From a virus: a stretch of 64,000 nt of DNA. Shown here in pieces: positions 34,930 to 46,330 of this stretch (within the stretch, counting starts at the first letter, position 1; every line of letters begins with the position of its first letter). The notes under the pieces were generated by a model. It searched no databases. It was not told the origin of the DNA and saw only the letters and a program-made list of their open reading frames with translations. The stretch is taken from positions 1 to 64,000 of IMG/VR virus record IMGVR_UViG_3300025849_000022; one strand, written 5' to 3'. The position numbers and the translations under genes are program-made.

Positions 34930-36702
34930 TTATACATATTTGTATTCAACAACACCTGTTACAACACCACCAGTTGGTGTAGCCGCTGTAGTTCCGTCTG
35001 CTTGTACAAACGCAACTTCAACTGCCGCATTCTTGGTTAGTGAACTTGCAAAAGGTAAGTCAACAACATAAGTTCCAACAGCGATATCGTTAGTAGTTGC
35101 CGCCGCTAGTGTATTACCAGCACCTGCATTATCTTTAACTAACATACCGTCTACTGAGCCACCTGATAATAATGTAGTAACGTTTAGAATAACTCTACTT
35201 GCGTAATAAGTTCTTCCTGAAACGTTAGGTACTGTACCTATATCAAAAGTTGAGTCACTGCTGTTTGCTGTGAAACTTGCTCTTAATGTAAGGCCATCAC
35301 CACCGTTATTTTCTACATAGTCAACAACTGCCGCTGAAGTTGGAATAGTAGTATCGTTATCGTTACTGCCAATTCCATCTGCTTCGTCAACAAACTTAGT
35401 GATTGCAATGCTTTCACCACTGTCAGTTAATGTACCAAATGATACAATTCCTGATGCTGTGACATTTACTAATCCAGTAGCACTACCTGAACTGATAGAA
35501 GCAGTTCCGTCTGTTAATGTACCTGCTTGTACTTGACCACTAAATGTACCGGCTGTCATACCAGTAAGTGTAGTATCCATCGCAAAAGTAACGTCATCTG
35601 CTGAGTTACTTGAAGTAATGTTTAATCCACCTAATAGTTTTAACTTATCAGATGCTAATGCTACGACGTTATCTGCCGCGTCATCAGACTGAATTGTTAA
35701 TGATGTTGAAATACTTGCTGTACTTGCCGCTGTAATTCTACCTTGTTGATCAACTGTAAAAGTTGGAACTGCTGTAGAACTACCATATGCACCTGGAGTT
35801 ACTGCTGTATCATCAAGATCAACACTAATTGTTTGTCCTGATGCTGTAGTAGTAATACCTGTGTCACCTGAAATAGTAATAGACTGAGTGTCTAAATCTA
35901 CTGTTCCAGTTCCACTGTCACCTGCTATACCTAAGTCATCGTCTCTGTCTAAGCCATCGACGTATGCTTTCATTTCAGTGTTTGCAGTATTAACGTAGGT
36001 TAACATGTTGCTATTTGCTGTTGTAATTGCTGAATTTAGTGTTGATACTTCACCATCAACAAAAGCCTTAATACTTTGTTGTGTTGCTAGTTTAGTAGCA
36101 CTATCTGAAGCCATATTGTCTTCATCAGCAATATCTGTTATTGTTACTGTACCATCTGATAAAGATCCAAACTGTACTGTGCCTGTGCCAGTAATGTCTG
36201 TACCATCAATCGCCGCCGCTTTAAAGTCTGCCGCTGTGATAGTTAATGCACCAGTACTAGAACCTGTGAAGGTTCCTGTTCCTGCTACAACTTTATCTTC
36301 TGATTCGTCCCATCCAATGAATACGTTATTGCTGTCACCACGTTCGATAATTAAACCGACATCGTTTGATGGTGTACCAGTTGTACCCGTTGCTAGTTCT
36401 AGCAATGAGTCAGCAATAGTTGTGTTCGTTGAACTAACAGTAGTTGTACTACCGTTGACTGTTAAGTCACCAGTAATAACGGCGTCACCGTTAACATTAA
36501 CGGTTGTCGCTGTAATATCATTGGAAAGTAATGATCCTTGTACGTCTACGTTGGCGGCTCTAATAGCCTTCAGTGTTGACCCGTCTGATCCAGTAAATTC
36601 GTAACGATCACTCGCACTCACCCACTTAAATCTTCCGCCACCTTTACCAAGTTGAACGTCATTGGAAATACCTTTTAGACCAAAATTCTTTACATCTGCC
36701 AT
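34930..36702 (-). CDS. virion structural/fibre protein (start MADVKNFG)
   Basis: Thr/Ser/Gly-rich beta repeats, VTPGAYGS...VDQQGRIT; late promoter near 36801-36808. Confidence 0.75.
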   Translation of the reverse strand: MADVKNFGLKGISNDVQLGKGGGRFKWVSASDRYEFTGSDGSTLKAIRAANVDVQGSLLSNDITATTVNVNGDAVITGDLTVNGSTTTVSSTNTTIADSLLELATGTTGTPSNDVGLIIERGDSNNVFIGWDESEDKVVAGTGTFTGSSTGALTITAADFKAAAIDGTDITGTGTVQFGSLSDGTVTITDIADEDNMASDSATKLATQQSIKAFVDGEVSTLNSAITTANSNMLTYVNTANTEMKAYVDGLDRDDDLGIAGDSGTGTVDLDTQSITISGDTGITTTASGQTISVDLDDTAVTPGAYGSSTAVPTFTVDQQGRITAASTASISTSLTIQSDDAADNVVALASDKLKLLGGLNITSSNSADDVTFAMDTTLTGMTAGTFSGQVQAGTLTDGTASISSGSATGLVNVTASGIVSFGTLTDSGESIAITKFVDEADGIGSNDNDTTIPTSAAVVDYVENNGGDGLTLRASFTANSSDSTFDIGTVPNVSGRTYYASRVILNVTTLLSGGSVDGMLVKDNAGAGNTLAAATTNDIAVGTYVVDLPFASSLTKNAAVEVAFVQADGTTAATPTGGVVTGVVEYKYV

Positions 36703-36848
36703 TTTGTATTCTCCCTGAGAGTTTTTTTGAGGGTATTCAACTCCCTCTTTCAATTTTTACATTGTTCCGGAATAATGTGTACTGATGTGTTTTGTAATAG
36801 TATTTATCTTTCTGCCAGAATAAGTGGCAAAAATCGTATTAGAATAGA

Positions 36849-38861
36849 TTAAATATATGTGACTTTTACGGTGGCATTACCGGCTGTTGCACCGTAATGA
36901 TTGATTCTGAAGTTTACTTCTAATTCATCTGTATTAGAAGAAGGCCATACATACTCTGGATTTGTTATGTATCCACCTGCTGAGCCAGGATCATTGTCGT
37001 CCTGTCCATGTAGGAAATCTGTATCTACTGTGGTACCAACTTCCATTGTGGTTTCTTGTGAACCACCTGTAAATGCTGTGTGTACTTCTACACTAACACT
37101 TTGTATTTTACCACCGGGTGATACATTACCTAAGTCATAATTTGTACTGTTACCAAATCCTCCTACAGGTGCTGTTACATTGTATGTGAGCGTCTGTGCG
37201 TCGGTATTAGCACTATCCTGATCACTTACCTTAGTCCAGGCACTACCATCCCATAAATACAATGCCCATTCACCTACACCGTTATCAATAACGTATGCTT
37301 GGTCACCTGTTGTAGGTGATAATGAATTTCTTGAACTTATGTCAGAAACAACTGTAACACTAGCACTTCTAATACCTTGTTCAACATTCATTGCTAATGG
37401 AAACATACCATTGTGTACACTGAATATACCTGCGTTGTTTTCAAAATTACCTGTGCTATCAAATATATCAATTGGGCCACCATCTGTCCTAGTAAGTTTT
37501 AATTTGCTACCTGTACTTGCTGATGTAAATGAAGGCAGTCCTGACACATTACTTGAACCCACATAAGGATTACCGTTAACATCATTTGAATTATTATATA
37601 TGTTAATAGCATTACCGTTTGCTTCACTCAGTGTTAATGTTGTACTAGTAAATGATGCACTTAAATTAGGAATACTTGCGGCATTTATATCTGTTGCCAT
37701 GTCTTCTGGAATAGCAACTGCTATACCGTAAGCGGCCTGCCCTGCGGCATTGGTTGTAAAGTTTACAGTAGTATTACCACTGCCACCATTAAAGATTGCA
37801 CTAAAAGTAGTATATCCACCAACTAATCCGTATGCTGTACCTGACGCACTTGAACTTACTGTTGTTGGTGCTGGTGAGTCACTTGCTACTATACTTGTTC
37901 CACTTAGTCCATTAATTTGGCTAACAGTTTCTGCTAATGTACTACTAAATCCTGCACCATTAAATGTATGACTGACACCATTAAATTTAACTACTGTACC
38001 GTCTGGTACTGTTGGATTGATTGCTGTACCAATTGTACTTGTTTCAACAGCATTAGCAATCTTTAAGAACATTATTTTACCTGTATCGGATGTAGTTAAA
38101 TCTCCATCCGTATCTGCGTAAATAAAGTCTCCTGCGTTACCAGGTATTGCTGGTACAAAGTCTATAATTCTATTGTTAGGTGATACCATAAACGCATCTG
38201 GACCCGGTCCGCTTTCAACTACAACACCAAAACTCTTACTAACAAGAGCGGCATTAGCCTTAACAAATGAACCGGTATTACTAACAGCAATAACATCACC
38301 TATAGAAAAACCATGTGCGGTTTTTTCTAGTAAGTAATTTAATTGTGGGTTTAAGTATTGAAATCTGCTATTAACGTTAGCATAGAAGTCTGAACTAACT
38401 ATGCCACTTGGTAGTGGATCTAACATTGGATGTCCACTTTCGTTTAATGTGAATATAACACAACTACCAGTATTAAATATACCGTTACCTGTATTACTTT
38501 TAAATGTGTTATAACGTGCAACATCTTCTACTTCGCATGTAACACTTGTAGAACTTTTAGAAGTTACTGAAATAATTTTAAGACATTGTCCAGATGTTGC
38601 TCCTGCTATCCAGTCGCCGACAGTAACATCAAGTCCGTTAAACTCTCTGTCTTTTCTTGTTAAGTGAGAACCATGTGCTTGTGATGTAACAGTAAATGTA
38701 ATAGTCCATTGATAATTTTTTGGTGATGAACCACCTGAGTACCATCTGTCTGCTGAGCCATTTGCGTGTGCCCATAGTGTCTTACCAGTAATACTTGTTA
38801 CATTAACACCTAAAACTTTGTTGGGTACATTGAGTTCTATTTGACTAGTCTTATAAGACAT
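36849..38861 (-). CDS. virion structural protein
   Basis: 670 aa beta-rich protein in late operon. Confidence 0.7.
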   Translation of the reverse strand: MSYKTSQIELNVPNKVLGVNVTSITGKTLWAHANGSADRWYSGGSSPKNYQWTITFTVTSQAHGSHLTRKDREFNGLDVTVGDWIAGATSGQCLKIISVTSKSSTSVTCEVEDVARYNTFKSNTGNGIFNTGSCVIFTLNESGHPMLDPLPSGIVSSDFYANVNSRFQYLNPQLNYLLEKTAHGFSIGDVIAVSNTGSFVKANAALVSKSFGVVVESGPGPDAFMVSPNNRIIDFVPAIPGNAGDFIYADTDGDLTTSDTGKIMFLKIANAVETSTIGTAINPTVPDGTVVKFNGVSHTFNGAGFSSTLAETVSQINGLSGTSIVASDSPAPTTVSSSASGTAYGLVGGYTTFSAIFNGGSGNTTVNFTTNAAGQAAYGIAVAIPEDMATDINAASIPNLSASFTSTTLTLSEANGNAINIYNNSNDVNGNPYVGSSNVSGLPSFTSASTGSKLKLTRTDGGPIDIFDSTGNFENNAGIFSVHNGMFPLAMNVEQGIRSASVTVVSDISSRNSLSPTTGDQAYVIDNGVGEWALYLWDGSAWTKVSDQDSANTDAQTLTYNVTAPVGGFGNSTNYDLGNVSPGGKIQSVSVEVHTAFTGGSQETTMEVGTTVDTDFLHGQDDNDPGSAGGYITNPEYVWPSSNTDELEVNFRINHYGATAGNATVKVTYI

Positions 38862-38865
38862 AGTA

Positions 38866-41800
38866 TTACTCCGCCATCACAAACGTTATCCAAGCATGGG
38901 TGCTTGTTCCAAACGATCTACTTGCTCCTGTAATGGCTTCTGATACTTTTAAGTCAACATTAGCATCTGTAGAGAAACTACCAAATGCTGTTGGTGATCC
39001 GCTACTTCCACCACCGTCTACAGTTCTAGTAGTCCAGTCTCCGCTTACTGCGTTCATGCTATACTTGTTTGAAGCATACTGATAACCATGAGCCATAATT
39101 GCTACTGGCGGATAATCAAATCCTGTGAATTGAACTTCTAATTCAGCACCTGCGGCACTTGTAATTGTTGTAGCATTAATGCCTGCTGTGACATTTGATA
39201 TACTTGTTAATTCGCCTGATGTGTTATAATTTAATTTTAATCTTTCGTATGTGTTACCACGTGTTACAGAGCCGCCACCGCCTCCGCCACTAATTGTAAT
39301 TGTTTTAGTTGTACCTGATCCAGATGCAACAACACCCGAACCTACAAAATTAAGAGTTGAAGCCGCTGTTGCTAATGATGAACCTTCGTCTTGTACAGTA
39401 ATAGCACTACCACTACCTGCTGGTCCTGTTGGTCCAGTTGCACCTGCTGGTCCTGTTGGACCTGCTACTGTACTTGCTTCACCTTTTTGTCCTTTATCAC
39501 CTGCTGGTCCTTGTGCACCATCTGATCCTGTAGAACCATCTGCACCTGCGGCACCTTGTGCTCCAGTTTGACCTTTTTCGCCTTTATCACCTGTGGGTCC
39601 TGTTGGGCCACCTAATTCACCTTTGTCGCCCTTACTTCCTGTTGGACCAGTACCACCTACATTTCCTTGAGGTCCTGTTGGTCCAGTTGCTCCAACTGTT
39701 CCTTGTGGTCCTACTTCACCCTTAGTACCCTGTCCACCTTGTGGTCCAGTAGCACCTTGTGGTCCTAATTCACCTTTTTGTCCTTTTGCTCCGTCACTAC
39801 CGTCACTACCGTTATTACCAGTAGCACCTGTATCTCCTTTGGTACCTTGTGGACCTGTTGGTCCTGTATTTCCTTGTGGTCCTGCTACTGTGCTATCTGC
39901 ACCAGTGGCTCCTTTTTGTCCTTGAGCACCTTGTGGACCTGTGGCACCTTGAGCACCAGTTGGACCTTGTGGACCTGTATCGCCTTTAGAACCCTGAGGT
40001 CCTGTTGGTCCTGCTACACCTTGTGCACCAGTTGTACCTTGAGCACCTGTAACACCTTGTTCGCCTTTTAGTCCATCGTCACCTTTCTGACCTTTGTCTC
40101 CTGCTGGGGAGGCCGCTACCCATGAACTATCATAATAAACATATAGTTCACCTGAGTCACTTGCCCACCATAAGTCGCCTTCTACTATACTACCGCTTGG
40201 TGATGTATTTGCAACTGTTACAGAAGCATCAACACTATCCAGTGCCGAACTTATATCAACACTACTAACACCGCCACTAATAGAAATAACATTACCTGAT
40301 ATGCTTAGTGTTTGGTTAGTACCAGCACCAATTTCACCTTTTTGTCCTTGTGGTCCTGTTGCTCCAACTTCACCTTTGGTTCCGGTTGGACCTTGTGGAC
40401 CTGTTGGTCCTACATTACCTTGTGGTCCAGTTGCTCCAACTTCGCCTTTTGATCCATCGTTACCTGCTGGTCCTTGTGGTCCAATTTCGCCTTTTGCTCC
40501 ATCGTTACCTGCTGGTCCAGTTGCACCTTGAGGTCCTGTGGCACCTGTATTGCCTTGAGCACCTTTATCTCCAGTATTACCAGCAACACCTTGTGCTCCT
40601 TGGTCACCTTTTGAACCTTTGTCTCCGTTTGCTCCTGCTGGACCAGTGTTACCTATAGCACCTTGTGGTCCAGTGGCTCCTGTTGCGCCAGTATCTCCTA
40701 ATTCACCTTTTTGTCCTTTTGCTCCGTCACTACCTGCAGGTCCAGTTGCTCCAGTATCACCTTTAACTCCTGCACCACCGCCCCCGGTAGCATCGATTGT
40801 AATTGTTTGTGCATTACTATCTGCTGATATTGTTGCATTTGCACCTGCGATAAATGTTAATTGGTCTGCGGCTACATTTGCTACTACACTATTACCACCT
40901 TGTACACTTACTGTTTTAAATGCTTCGCCGGCTCCACCGCCTCCGCCACCGCCTGTGTTATTAATTGTAATAGTATCAGTACTTGCATCAGCAGTAATTG
41001 AAATGCCACTACCTGCTACAAAATTTAATGTATCTTGATTGTTGTCTGCAATAATTAAATCTTGACCAGCAACACTGATATTTTTAAATATACCGTCATT
41101 TAATTGTGTATTATTAATTGTTACTGTATCGCCAGTGACTACTGTTGTTATTCCTGTGCCACCAACAATATTAAATGTATCGTCTTTTGCACTAGCATCA
41201 GTAGAACCTGAATCGCCTGTAAAACTCTTATAATATCTTAATGCAGATACATTGGAACTAATTGCTGTATTAACTTCTGCTTTAGTATACTTGTCAATGC
41301 TACTGTCGTCTAGTGTAGCATCTATTGTAATTGTATCTGTTCCTGGGTTAGCAGTAAAACTTACATTGCTACCGCTAACTAAATTAAGTGTATCATTATT
41401 ATTGTCTGCAATAATAAGTATACCATCTGCACTAACGTTTTTAAATACGCCTGTGATAGCATCTGTTTTTGAAATCTGTATAGTATTGTTAGCAGTATAT
41501 TGATTTATACCAATGCCTGTTCCACCCTCAAATCTAATTGCGTGGGTGGCACTTGTGGCACTGATTGTGTTTGCTGAACCAACACTAGTAACTGTGCTTA
41601 TAGCATTTTGTAATTGTGCTGATGAAATATTGGCATCAACTTCTGCTTTGCTGTAAACACCTAAATTTGTTCTTGCTGTTGCGGCATTTGGTAAGTCACT
41701 TAAATTATTTGTTTTAATAACTGCATTTGCTAATGTTGCCGCTGTAATAATAGTTGCGCCATCTTCTAATCTAATGGCCGCATCTGCTGTTCCTCTAAAT

Positions 41801-42666
41801 CTGTTTGCAAATATATTTAAATATTTGTAATTGCTGTTTCCAATGTCATATGACATTGTGGTATCTGGCATACTAGTAGCATTTTTAGGTATATAATTTG
41901 CTAAGTTGGCAGTTAGTTGACTAGCAGTTAAACCACCAGTTTGTAATGTTGTCCAACTAACACCACCTGAACCATTTGTTACAAGTACTTGTCCATTTGT
42001 ACCATCTGATGTTGGTAATGTAAATGCATTAGCAAATGTTGTACTTCTGTTTGAATTTATTTTTAATGCTGGTGTTGTGCTACTTGCACTACCTACATAA
42101 AATACAGTACTGTTTGCACTTCTAACTTCTATATGTCCATCTGTGCTTTTTGTTGCTAATATTAAACTATGTTGTGAACTAAGTTCTACATCTGCGGCAT
42201 CGTTTGAACTAATAACAAATCTTGTTTTAGAATCAAATCCTGCACTTTGACTGTGTGTAGGATAGTTTGCGTTATTTAATATACCTGCGTATGCTGTGAT
42301 ATTAGCATTATCACCAAAGTTTCTACCTGAGAAGATATTTGTATTGCCATTCACATTGTGAATGCTTAATGGTGTTGGTATTGTATATGCTGTTGAGGAA
42401 ACAGTAATAACGTTTGCAGATTCAGTTACAGTAGTTGCACCTGAGCCTTGTATCTTTTTAAAGTTTAATTGTGAACCGTCTTTTGCTGAGAATAAGCCTA
42501 TTCCAGAAGCACCTACATTGCTACCACCTGTAACGGCGGCGTTTGCATCTGCAGAAACACTATCTTGTGCTACAAAAATTCCTTGCGTAGAATCGTAAAC
42601 TAGGATCTGATTATCGGTGATCCCGTCTATATTAAAAGTTAAATTATCTCCTGTTACATTTGGCAT
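38866..42666 (-). CDS. collagen-like tail fibre/whisker
   Basis: Two long Gly-X-Y blocks, tandem ~45-aa repeats (FKNISV...ADNN.DTLN.V.G), late promoter near 42698-42705. Confidence 0.85.
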   Translation of the reverse strand: MPNVTGDNLTFNIDGITDNQILVYDSTQGIFVAQDSVSADANAAVTGGSNVGASGIGLFSAKDGSQLNFKKIQGSGATTVTESANVITVSSTAYTIPTPLSIHNVNGNTNIFSGRNFGDNANITAYAGILNNANYPTHSQSAGFDSKTRFVISSNDAADVELSSQHSLILATKSTDGHIEVRSANSTVFYVGSASSTTPALKINSNRSTTFANAFTLPTSDGTNGQVLVTNGSGGVSWTTLQTGGLTASQLTANLANYIPKNATSMPDTTMSYDIGNSNYKYLNIFANRFRGTADAAIRLEDGATIITAATLANAVIKTNNLSDLPNAATARTNLGVYSKAEVDANISSAQLQNAISTVTSVGSANTISATSATHAIRFEGGTGIGINQYTANNTIQISKTDAITGVFKNVSADGILIIADNNNDTLNLVSGSNVSFTANPGTDTITIDATLDDSSIDKYTKAEVNTAISSNVSALRYYKSFTGDSGSTDASAKDDTFNIVGGTGITTVVTGDTVTINNTQLNDGIFKNISVAGQDLIIADNNQDTLNFVAGSGISITADASTDTITINNTGGGGGGGAGEAFKTVSVQGGNSVVANVAADQLTFIAGANATISADSNAQTITIDATGGGGAGVKGDTGATGPAGSDGAKGQKGELGDTGATGATGPQGAIGNTGPAGANGDKGSKGDQGAQGVAGNTGDKGAQGNTGATGPQGATGPAGNDGAKGEIGPQGPAGNDGSKGEVGATGPQGNVGPTGPQGPTGTKGEVGATGPQGQKGEIGAGTNQTLSISGNVISISGGVSSVDISSALDSVDASVTVANTSPSGSIVEGDLWWASDSGELYVYYDSSWVAASPAGDKGQKGDDGLKGEQGVTGAQGTTGAQGVAGPTGPQGSKGDTGPQGPTGAQGATGPQGAQGQKGATGADSTVAGPQGNTGPTGPQGTKGDTGATGNNGSDGSDGAKGQKGELGPQGATGPQGGQGTKGEVGPQGTVGATGPTGPQGNVGGTGPTGSKGDKGELGGPTGPTGDKGEKGQTGAQGAAGADGSTGSDGAQGPAGDKGQKGEASTVAGPTGPAGATGPTGPAGSGSAITVQDEGSSLATAASTLNFVGSGVVASGSGTTKTITISGGGGGGSVTRGNTYERLKLNYNTSGELTSISNVTAGINATTITSAAGAELEVQFTGFDYPPVAIMAHGYQYASNKYSMNAVSGDWTTRTVDGGGSSGSPTAFGSFSTDANVDLKVSEAITGASRSFGTSTHAWITFVMAE
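39416..40770 (-). repeat. collagen Gly-X-Y coding repeats (two blocks, approximate limits)
   Basis: 9-bp periodicity; GPQGATG/GQKGE repeats. Confidence 0.85.
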
Positions 42667-42717
42667 AGTATTCCTATTCTAATTTGCAATTATAATGTAT
42701 TTATCAACAAAGTTGAT

Positions 42718-43077
42718 TTAATTGCTTAATAAAATTTGTGAGATACTACCGTATGATAAGTCATATGTACTGCCATCGCCAACTCCTGCTCTATCAAGAA
42801 CGGCTCTTAGGTATACATAATTACCTTTAAATGTGTGAATTTCTGTGCCTGTAGTTGCAGATGATTTTTCAATTAGTTTTATATCACCCCAATCGGCTGA
42901 TTCAGGTGTTAATGATAGTGTGCCTTGTAGTTTAATCTTGCCTACAAAAGCATTTAACTTCACACTAACGGAGTGAATTCCGTCCGTATAACCGAAATAA
43001 CTATCTGCTTTGATTTTGTTGCCGGTTAACCCCATATTATTATCGGAGTTTCCTAGCATTTCTAATGTTCTTCTCAT
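42718..43077 (-). CDS. probable virion protein (start reassigned to MRRTLE)
   Basis: G.H.V...FVGKIKLQGTL...W...FKGNYVYLRA; GAGG RBS. Confidence 0.7.
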   Translation of the reverse strand: MRRTLEMLGNSDNNMGLTGNKIKADSYFGYTDGIHSVSVKLNAFVGKIKLQGTLSLTPESADWGDIKLIEKSSATTGTEIHTFKGNYVYLRAVLDRAGVGDGSTYDLSYGSISQILLSN

Positions 43078-43121
43078 AAGTAGCCTCAATTGTATTTATC
43101 TCAATAAGGCTGTTATGAGAA
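43071..43121 (-). promoter_or_regulatory. RBS/AUG-sequestering hairpin with late promoter in loop
   Basis: UUCUCAUAA..AGCCU.AUUG[AGAUAAAUA]CAAU..AGGCU..UUAUGAGAA. Confidence 0.75.
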
Positions 43122-43126
43122 TGTTG

Positions 43127-43600
43127 CTAAACTTGTTCTAATCTTTCCATTAAACGTTCAGCACGGTTAGTAACTTGTTTATGCCATCTTGAATCTCTAC
43201 CTTCTACTGCGGCAGTTTTCCAATCTTCTTTAATGATTGCGGCATGCATCTTTTTAAACTTGCTTAACCTAGTTCTACCCATATTAAACATCATATTAAC
43301 CAAGATTTGCTGGACTTCGTCTGGTAAGTCTCCAAATACCCCTGCTTCGTATAGCAACTCACACTCAGATATTGCTGTGTCGAGGTCTCTTTCAAAACAT
43401 TCTTTAACACGTTCTTCTGATACTGGTGTGCCAACCTCCGCTCCATGCTCTGGATCGGTGTCGAGGACCAAATGGCCCACTCCGAAAGTCGGGTATCCCA
43501 GGTGGTCGAGGTAAACTTCATTGACTACTCCTTCATCTATTTTGAGTTGCTCAAATACAGCATCTCTATCTAACTTTGTGTCTCTTCCAAATAATCCCAT
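43127..43600 (-). CDS. T4-lysozyme-like endolysin (GH24)
   Basis: DEG...YLDHLGYPTFGVGH triad, NMMFNMG, SRWHKQV.NRA. Confidence 0.9.
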   Translation of the reverse strand: MGLFGRDTKLDRDAVFEQLKIDEGVVNEVYLDHLGYPTFGVGHLVLDTDPEHGAEVGTPVSEERVKECFERDLDTAISECELLYEAGVFGDLPDEVQQILVNMMFNMGRTRLSKFKKMHAAIIKEDWKTAAVEGRDSRWHKQVTNRAERLMERLEQV

Positions 43601-44148
43601 TATAATTCCTCTAGTGTAACTACTTTATAAATTTCGTTTTTACCAAGTGATAATTGTAACTTGGCAACATCTTTTTTATTATCTAAGTATATTGTGCTCT
43701 TCCACCTATCGGGTGTAGTATTTATTTTTGCATTCATACTTAAACTATTTACTTTGTCAATCCAACTACTACCTGGATTATACTTATATGTAACGTACCT
43801 ATATTTATTAAAAAACAGTCTATGTCGTAGTATTTTGTCAGTTGATTGTATAACTGCTAATTCTTTATGTGAGCGTATACCTTCTATCTTAATAATACTA
43901 TCTTTAAATTGTTTTATAAATTTTTTAGCAACTTTGCTGTCTGAGAAATATATAGTAAAGTCCTTATGCCATGCAAACTTCATTGTGTCCCAGCAGTACA
44001 TATTTTGAAAATTATAGATATCGTTTAATACCATAGCATCGTGTATTAACCAATTGCCTTTAACTGATATTTTGATATGGTATTTGTTCCACCATACCTT
44101 TAAAGATGGTTGTATAACCAATCCTGCTACTGTATTTCCTAAATTCAT
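43600..44148 (-). CDS. hypothetical protein
   Basis: 182 aa ORF coupled to clpA and lysozyme. Confidence 0.65.
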   Translation of the reverse strand: MNLGNTVAGLVIQPSLKVWWNKYHIKISVKGNWLIHDAMVLNDIYNFQNMYCWDTMKFAWHKDFTIYFSDSKVAKKFIKQFKDSIIKIEGIRSHKELAVIQSTDKILRHRLFFNKYRYVTYKYNPGSSWIDKVNSLSMNAKINTTPDRWKSTIYLDNKKDVAKLQLSLGKNEIYKVVTLEEL

Positions 44149-46322
44149 TTAACTGTAAATTCAAACTGCTCAATATAATCTACAAGTACAACGCCTTCTT
44201 CTATTTTATCAAACAGTATTTTTTTACTGATAGGTTTTTTAACTACATCTTCAAACAGTCTTTTCAACGGCCTTGCTCCCATGCTAGGTTCAAATCCATT
44301 GTCTGCAATATACTTCTTAGCCGCTTTGGTTAGTTCTATACTAATTTTGCTGTCATTACTTAGTAGTAATTCATTTGTTTCTTTAACAATTTTGTCAATG
44401 ATAAGATTAACTTCTTTCATGCCAAGTTTATTAAACTTAACATAAGAGTCTATTCTATTTCTAAACTCTGGTGTGAAGAAACTTTTAACTGCTTTGATAT
44501 CTGTATCAGTGTGTGTTGTTTCGCCAAAACCAATTTTACTTGTTTCTGACTTTGCGGCACCTAAGTTACTTGTCATTATAAGTGTAACATTACTAAAGTC
44601 TACAGTTTTACCTGTAGCACCTGTAAGCCTGCCATCATCCATTACTTGTAACAATACTTGTAATACTTCTGGTGCGGCTTTCTCTACTTCGTCTAGTAGC
44701 AATACACAATTAGGATTCTTATCTATTTCAGATAGCAACATGCCTTGTCCTAGTTCTCCTTCTGCGTGTCCAACGTAACCTGGAGGAGCACCAATAAGTT
44801 TGCTGACACTATGTCTTTCCATATACTCTGACATGTCAAACTTAACTAGTTTAATATCTAATTCGTCTGCTAATGCTCTTGCTGTTTCTGTTTTACCTAC
44901 ACCTGTTGGTCCTACAAATAGGAATGTACCAATTGGTTTATTAGGCTCTCTAAGTCCTGCTTTACTAACAAGAATACTTTCTACAAGTTTATCTACTGCT
45001 TCGTCTTGACCAAACACTTTCTTTTTAATCTTTCTATCTAATTTACTAAAGCCTTTTGTGTCTTTAACGTCAACTACATCTTTTTTAATCTTAGCAATCT
45101 TTGATACCTGTGTTACTACTGAATCAAGATTTACAACTTTTTTTCCTAGTACTTTAGAAACTGCACCTGCGGCATCCACAATGTCTAATGCCTTGTCAGG
45201 AAAGTATTTGTTTTTAATATATCTATCTGCCAGTTCACATGCTTTTTCTATAGCACCTTTTTCATACTTGACTTTGTGAAATTCTTCGTAGTATGGTTGT
45301 AGGCCTTCGCATATCTTAATTGTATCTTTAAGTGTGGTTTCTTCTATATCAAGTCTAGCAAATCTACGCATCAATGCTCTGTCTTTTTCAAATGTACTTG
45401 CAAATTCATCTGGTGTAGTTGCACCAATACACAATAGTTTACCTTTACCTAACAATGGCTTTAACATGTTTGCCGCATCTACTTGACTGCTACCAGCACT
45501 ACCGGCTCCCATGATCATATGTATTTCATCAATAAACAAAATAGCCTTGTCATCTTTTTCAATTTGATCTAATACCGTTTTAAGACGCTCTTCAAAGTCT
45601 CCTCTAAATTTTGTACCTGCTAACATTGTACCAACGTCTATTTGATACACAATTTTATCTTCTAATGTTTTAGGAACTTGCTTGTTAATAATCTTCCATG
45701 CCATGCCTTCTGCAATAGCAGTTTTACCTACACCAGGCTCGCCAACTAAACATACGTTATTCTTTTTACGCCTTGCAAGTATTTCGACAACATCATTTAC
45801 TTCTTCGCTTCTACCAATAAGTGGATCTATGCTACCATTCATTGCTTCTTCGTTTAAGTTTTTAATGTAATCTGCTGACTCTTCTACTAATTCGCCTTCG
45901 TGTACGTCGCCTAATACATCTAATAAGTTTTCTCTATGGCATCCGTTTACTGCTAGAAAGTATGCACTATGCGAGTTATCTTCATTGGTGATACTTACTA
46001 GTAAATCTATAGCAGATATTTTGTCTCTGCCATTAAAAATACTTTGTGCAAATGCTCTTTGAAATACTCTTTCAACTGCTACTGTTTTTTTAGGTTTGCC
46101 TGTGTTGCCTCCTTCTGACTTTAAATTATTAAATTCGTCGTCATTTAAATATGTAACAATATCTGCTTCTAGTTGCTTAATATCAACATTGCATTCACCT
46201 AGCACTTTTTTGATTTCTCTATCGTTAATAAGTGCTAATGCAACATGTTCAAGAGTCATATACTCATGACTAAATTGATTAGATATTTCGTAAGCCTTTT
46301 CTATAATTCCTTCAACATTCAT
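44145..46322 (-). CDS. clpA: ATP-dependent Clp protease ATP-binding subunit
   Basis: Clp N-domain, GEPGVGKT, GPTGVGKT, FDMSEY, IGF loop, MGARPL. Confidence 0.9.
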   Translation of the reverse strand: MNVEGIIEKAYEISNQFSHEYMTLEHVALALINDREIKKVLGECNVDIKQLEADIVTYLNDDEFNNLKSEGGNTGKPKKTVAVERVFQRAFAQSIFNGRDKISAIDLLVSITNEDNSHSAYFLAVNGCHRENLLDVLGDVHEGELVEESADYIKNLNEEAMNGSIDPLIGRSEEVNDVVEILARRKKNNVCLVGEPGVGKTAIAEGMAWKIINKQVPKTLEDKIVYQIDVGTMLAGTKFRGDFEERLKTVLDQIEKDDKAILFIDEIHMIMGAGSAGSSQVDAANMLKPLLGKGKLLCIGATTPDEFASTFEKDRALMRRFARLDIEETTLKDTIKICEGLQPYYEEFHKVKYEKGAIEKACELADRYIKNKYFPDKALDIVDAAGAVSKVLGKKVVNLDSVVTQVSKIAKIKKDVVDVKDTKGFSKLDRKIKKKVFGQDEAVDKLVESILVSKAGLREPNKPIGTFLFVGPTGVGKTETARALADELDIKLVKFDMSEYMERHSVSKLIGAPPGYVGHAEGELGQGMLLSEIDKNPNCVLLLDEVEKAAPEVLQVLLQVMDDGRLTGATGKTVDFSNVTLIMTSNLGAAKSETSKIGFGETTHTDTDIKAVKSFFTPEFRNRIDSYVKFNKLGMKEVNLIIDKIVKETNELLLSNDSKISIELTKAAKKYIADNGFEPSMGARPLKRLFEDVVKKPISKKILFDKIEEGVVLVDYIEQFEFTVK

Positions 46323-46330
46323 AATAGTAT

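Noticed and set aside
39416-40770. DNA-level repeat array or DGR template
   Set aside because: Periodicity is explained by collagen codons; no reverse transcriptase or adenine-specific variant pair seen
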